The notes under the pieces: model-generated
What the model saw: the letters and a program-made list of their open reading frames with translations, nothing else
Database searches by the model: none
Told to the model about the DNA's origin: nothing
Shown: one piece after another, positions 60,631 to 64,000 of the stretch
Numbering within the stretch: the first letter of the stretch is position 1
How the letters are laid out: each line of letters begins with the position of its first letter
DNA from: Panacagrimonas sp.
GTDB taxonomy: Bacteria > Pseudomonadota > Gammaproteobacteria > Nevskiales > Nevskiaceae
Length of the DNA: 64,000 nt
Direction of reading: 5' to 3'
NCBI GenBank assembly: GCA_041603235.1
Contig: JBFIES010000012.1
Span: 33,951 to 97,950 of the forward strand
Program-made: the position numbers and the translations under genes

Positions 60631-61284
60631 TCAAGCGCGACCATAAACACTGGCGAATGAGACTCTTGGGTCACCCGGCTGCCACGCTTTGACTTTGGGC
60701 ATGACGGCCTTGAATGCATCGGACTGCAGCAGAGGAGATAACCAGGTCTCAATCAGAGGCTCCGCCCCAGCGAAGTTTTCTGGATTCACGTTCCTGAATT
60801 GCCGCACAAAAGGGAACACCGCGATGTCGGCGGCTGAAATGGCTTTTCCACACAAATAGGCGTGCTTTTCGAGACGGCTTCGCAACGGCGTCAGTGCCTG
60901 CCTGGCAAGTTCCCATTGCTCGTCTGCGTCCACGTCATCGTAACGCCCGGAATATTTGTAACGATCAAGGTGATGCTTGAAAGGGCCGTCGTTATTCTCG
61001 ATGAGCTCATCAAGCTCTGCAGGATCACAATTGGACAGCCAGCCCAGACCATCATCCTGGCCTAGGGCCCATTTCAGAATGTCCGCGCTTTCTTCCAGAA
61101 CCTTGCCGTCTTCCAGTTGCAGGACAGGAACCGTTCCCTTGGGTGAAAGTGAGAGCATGGCCGCTGGCTTGTCTCCAAGCGACACCTCCCGCAATTCGCA
61201 GTCAATACCCGCAGCCCAAAGCGCCATGCGCGCCCTCATCGCATAAGGACAGCGCCGAAAGCTGTAGAGAAGCTTCGCGCGCAT
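60631..61284 (-). CDS. Glutathione S-transferase family protein
   Basis: YSFRRCPYAMRAR, SPKGTVPVL, FKHHLDRYKY, ADIAVFPFVRQF. Confidence 0.92.
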   Translation of the reverse strand: MRAKLLYSFRRCPYAMRARMALWAAGIDCELREVSLGDKPAAMLSLSPKGTVPVLQLEDGKVLEESADILKWALGQDDGLGWLSNCDPAELDELIENNDGPFKHHLDRYKYSGRYDDVDADEQWELARQALTPLRSRLEKHAYLCGKAISAADIAVFPFVRQFRNVNPENFAGAEPLIETWLSPLLQSDAFKAVMPKVKAWQPGDPRVSFASVYGRA

Positions 61285-61287
61285 GGC

Positions 61288-62223
61288 TCAGGATTTCTTG
61301 CGAAGGCGGCTCTCGGCGTTCTTGCCCATGTGCTCTACGCCACGTTCCTGCGCAAGTTGTAGTTGTTTGATCCGCTCACGCAAGCCGTCACGGCGATGCT
61401 CGCTGAGCTGATCAAGGCAATACTCGCAAGACACGCCCTCTTCGTAAGCCGGATGTTGGCGCTGCTCGATCGTCAGCGGACTCTTGCAGCCGAAACACAG
61501 CCGCGCATCGCCTTCCTCCAACCCATGCCCCACGCTGACGCGTCCATCAAATACAAAGCATTCACCTTTCCACAGACTTTCTTCGACAGGCACGGCCTCC
61601 AGATAACGCAAGATGCCTCCCTTGAGCTGCGATACGTTCTGGTATCCCTTGTCCAGCAGATAAGCAGACGCTTTCTCGCACCTGATACCGCCCGTGCAAT
61701 ACATCGCGATGGGCGTATCCGGATTGGCTTCCAGTTTGTCTTCAACGTACTGCGGGAACTCGCCAAAGCTGACCGTTTGAGGGTCAATCGCATTCTCGAA
61801 ATGACCAATGCGGTACTCGTAGTCATTTCGGGCATCGATCAAGATCACATCATCTCTGGCAATCAGCTCATTCCAGGCCTCGGCGTCAACATAGTGACCC
61901 GTTCGCTTTGCGGGATTGATGGACGGCACGCCCATCGTGACGATCTCTTTCTTCAAGCGAACGCGCATGTGACGAAAGGGACGCTGTTCCGCCGTTGATT
62001 CCTTGTACTCGAGATCCCTGAACTCTGGTTGGTCTCTCAGGAACTGAATCAAATCGAGGATCGAAGATCGACTCCCCGCGATCGTGCCGTTGATGCCTTC
62101 GCTCGCCAATAAAAGCGTGCCGCAGAGATCGAGCGCCTCGCACTGCGCTTCTAGCAGCGGCTGAAACGCCCGATAGCGCTCGAACGAAGCAAAGTGGTAA
62201 AGCGCAGCGACGGTGAAGCTCAT
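61288..62223 (-). CDS. trhO: Oxygen-dependent tRNA uridine(34) hydroxylase, rhodanese-domain
   Basis: LLASEGINGTI, VRLKKEIVTMG, IDARNDYE, YCTGGIRCEKAS, GECFVFDGR. Confidence 0.92.
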   Translation of the reverse strand: MSFTVAALYHFASFERYRAFQPLLEAQCEALDLCGTLLLASEGINGTIAGSRSSILDLIQFLRDQPEFRDLEYKESTAEQRPFRHMRVRLKKEIVTMGVPSINPAKRTGHYVDAEAWNELIARDDVILIDARNDYEYRIGHFENAIDPQTVSFGEFPQYVEDKLEANPDTPIAMYCTGGIRCEKASAYLLDKGYQNVSQLKGGILRYLEAVPVEESLWKGECFVFDGRVSVGHGLEEGDARLCFGCKSPLTIEQRQHPAYEEGVSCEYCLDQLSEHRRDGLRERIKQLQLAQERGVEHMGKNAESRLRKKS

Positions 62224-62467
62224 GGTCGCGTCACTTTGCGTCACTAACAGGAGCAACGAGCCTTACGCTGCTGCGACTTAGAAGCTGCGATAAGAACATT
62301 GTTGTCACGATGCATTATGAGGGTGGGCTAGAAATGGTCTCATGCCCGACAAGCTTATCGGCATGTATCACTAGTTGGTTCAGCCTGCGACGCTGACTAA
62401 GGTCTTGAGAAACTTGACCTAGTGCCAACCCAACCGAACAACTCCGGCTGGGTCTGACACGCAAATT

Positions 62468-62512
62468 TGGCGCGCTTGAGACGATTCGAACGTCCGACCC
62501 CTGCCTTCGGAG
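62468..62512 (-). mobile_element. att site: displaced 3' half of tRNA-Arg(CCG) marking the border of an integrative element
   Basis: Minus strand CTCCGAA-GGCAG-GGGTC-GGACG-TTCGAAT-CGTCT-CAAGCGC-G-CCA gives anticodon loop, 3' anticodon stem, T arm, acceptor strand and CCA. The 5' half is absent. Confidence 0.88.
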
Positions 62513-62553
62513 CCCACTTTCAGGGGCCGATTCAGGCCTACTTTACGCTACAT

Positions 62554-62590
62554 CAACTGCTTCTAATCGACTTCTAAGCAGTTGTTTTTT
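62554..62590 (+). repeat. Inverted repeat with T-run (terminator-like or att-arm)
   Basis: caactgctt-N13-aagcagttg followed by TTTTTT; contains direct repeat cttctaa twice. Confidence 0.6.
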
Positions 62591-62633
62591 GCCACAACTA
62601 ATTGATTTTAATAGTCAATTAAGGTCAATTAAC

Positions 62634-62684
62634 GCTGTGACAGATCTGCCTTTGAAATTGACCGTTTTCCATAACTGTCACAGC
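62634..62684. repeat. Perfect 10-bp inverted repeat with 31-nt spacer
   Basis: gctgtgacag at 62634-62643 and ctgtcacagc at 62675-62684. Confidence 0.75.
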
Positions 62685-63162
62685 ACTTGGGCACGGCTTT
62701 TCAAACTCAGAATGACGCTTGCCCACACTATACCAATGCCTGCTCAGTCAGGTACTCCGCGGTCAGAAGACGGACAGGCTAACTGAGCTGTATTCACCCA
62801 GAGGACGAGGCTTCACCACACCTAGCGCACATGGAGCATGGCGACCTGACACTTGCCAGGGAACCTGCCGACCCACTCGCGGTACGAATTTCGCCGACAA
62901 GCATTAGGCCATCCCTCCGGCGCTCAGAGGAGGTTGGCTGGTGGGAAGTGGGGGGACAAGTCGCGCGCTAAAAGGCGGCGAGCCTGGACGCATACAGCAA
63001 TCGCTCCACTGAAACGCAGTCGCCGACCCTAGAAACCGCACTTAAACCTGTTCAAATTCCGTTACTTGGCTAACCGTGACCTTTTGGTCAGGCATAGGCG
63101 TTTCGCGTACCCCAAGACGGTGGCTACCGTGTCTGCCACACCCATGGCGTCGCAGAGAACCC

Positions 63163-64000
63163 GTGCTCGACAACTCAGGACACAGCACTTCGCTTCATTC
63201 CGCGACGAACGACGTCTCTTTAGTTCGCGCCATCAGTGAGCCGACAAGCAGGGACCTGCTGAAGATTCTCTACAACGCTGACGAACTGCCAGTCCAATTC
63301 AAGCTCGGCATCTACGTTGCCAACCGGCTCGACAAAGTAGCTGCCCTGATCCCGAGCTGGCATGCCCTACACGCCGCGACATGCGCGGCGGCAAGGCACG
63401 TTCGCGCTGCGTCCAATCCCATAGAGTCCGAGGTCTCGCTCAGTCGAGCGGATCACGGTCATGTTGAACTGCGCTCGCTCTGGGCCCTGATGATCCTCAA
63501 TCACGGCCGCACCGAGGGGACGCCCGCCGATCCTCTCCGAGCTCTCGTCCTGCTCCATGCGTGGGAAGGACAAACGGACGATCTTCGAGCACTCGCACAG
63601 CAGATCAATGCGTTCGTGAAGAAGCTCGACGCGGAGCCGGACCTTAACAGCACATTCCACCTGAAGGCTTATCTCGCCCAGCCGGGATTGGGTTTGGAAG
63701 CGGCGCGCAGCGACCTTGAATCGGCCATGAGCCAATGCTCGGCTTCGAAAGCTGCGCGAACAGCGTTGCGCAGGCTGCTGGAGGAAGCCGATAAGTTCCT
63801 GATTCACCGCCAAGATGTGGCGCGCGCGAATCCCATTGAAGGCGGGTCTCGCATTCAGCGAAGCTGGATGGAAGGGGCGCCCGACAAGATCCGCACGCGC
63901 GGCGGAGAAGAGGCACTTCTTTCAAAACCCGACAGGAATCCTGTCCCGGCCAATATGGCCCAGCGCACAACGATGCGTTCTGCCTACCTGATGCAGAAGT
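63163..64000 (+). CDS. Hypothetical island protein, truncated by the window edge
   Basis: Manual translation finds no stop from about 63080 to 64000; GTG at 63163 gives MLDNSGHST...LLKILYNADELPVQFKLGIYVANRLDKVAALIPSW...AYLMQK (279+ aa). Not in the ORF track. Confidence 0.7.
   Translation, partial: MLDNSGHSTSLHSATNDVSLVRAISEPTSRDLLKILYNADELPVQFKLGIYVANRLDKVAALIPSWHALHAATCAAARHVRAASNPIESEVSLSRADHGHVELRSLWALMILNHGRTEGTPADPLRALVLLHAWEGQTDDLRALAQQINAFVKKLDAEPDLNSTFHLKAYLAQPGLGLEAARSDLESAMSQCSASKAARTALRRLLEEADKFLIHRQDVARANPIEGGSRIQRSWMEGAPDKIRTRGGEEALLSKPDRNPVPANMAQRTTMRSAYLMQK

Noticed and set aside
62468-62545. Complete tRNA-Arg gene
   Set aside because: The D arm and 5' acceptor strand are missing; only the 3' 45 nt are tRNA.
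62688-62703. Sigma54-like TGGGCACGGCTTTTCA in the island end
   Set aside because: The -12 position reads CA instead of the required GC.
63367-63970. Two minus-strand ORFs (148 and 108 aa) in the ORF track
   Set aside because: Better explained as shadows of the longer open plus-strand frame 63163..64000.
1-64000. CRISPR array, rRNA, IS/transposase or integrase gene
   Set aside because: None seen by eye; the only internal repeats are the two aceF lipoyl domains and terminator hairpins.

Overview
Mostly core chromosome of a GC-rich gammaproteobacterium; a Nevskiales/Xanthomonadales-like lineage is inferred from the pilS-sucCD-nadE order, divergent speA/speE and a XanB2-like gene. Left to right: partial pilS, sucCD, nadE, cytochrome c5, two outer-membrane beta-barrel genes, comM/ubiK, a putative Na+/H+ antiporter, a GldA/F/G-like ABC module with DUF4340, Leu/Val/Phe dehydrogenase, a transglutaminase-DUF2126 fusion, a complete 13-gene nuo operon (fused nuoCD), an aspartoacylase-rimK-protease cluster, a class III cyclase, aceEF with a divergent LysR, a few accessory genes, speA/speE, a Baeyer-Villiger monooxygenase, a GH9, mdh, a XanB2-like chorismatase, RluA, GST and trhO. 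The window ends at the edge of an integrative element: a 45-bp 3' half of tRNA-Arg(CCG) that starts exactly at the anticodon loop, followed by repeat-rich DNA and an ORF missing from the ORF track that runs off the window. The most interesting non-coding signals are a highly structured leader that sequesters the RBS of the first porin gene (candidate new cis-regulatory RNA), a probable nhaA-I (Li+/Na+) riboswitch before the antiporter, and a sigma54/NtrC-type promoter before a lone TorF porin. No CRISPR array, rRNA, intact tRNA or transposase was seen. All family names come from motif recognition by eye, not from database searches.
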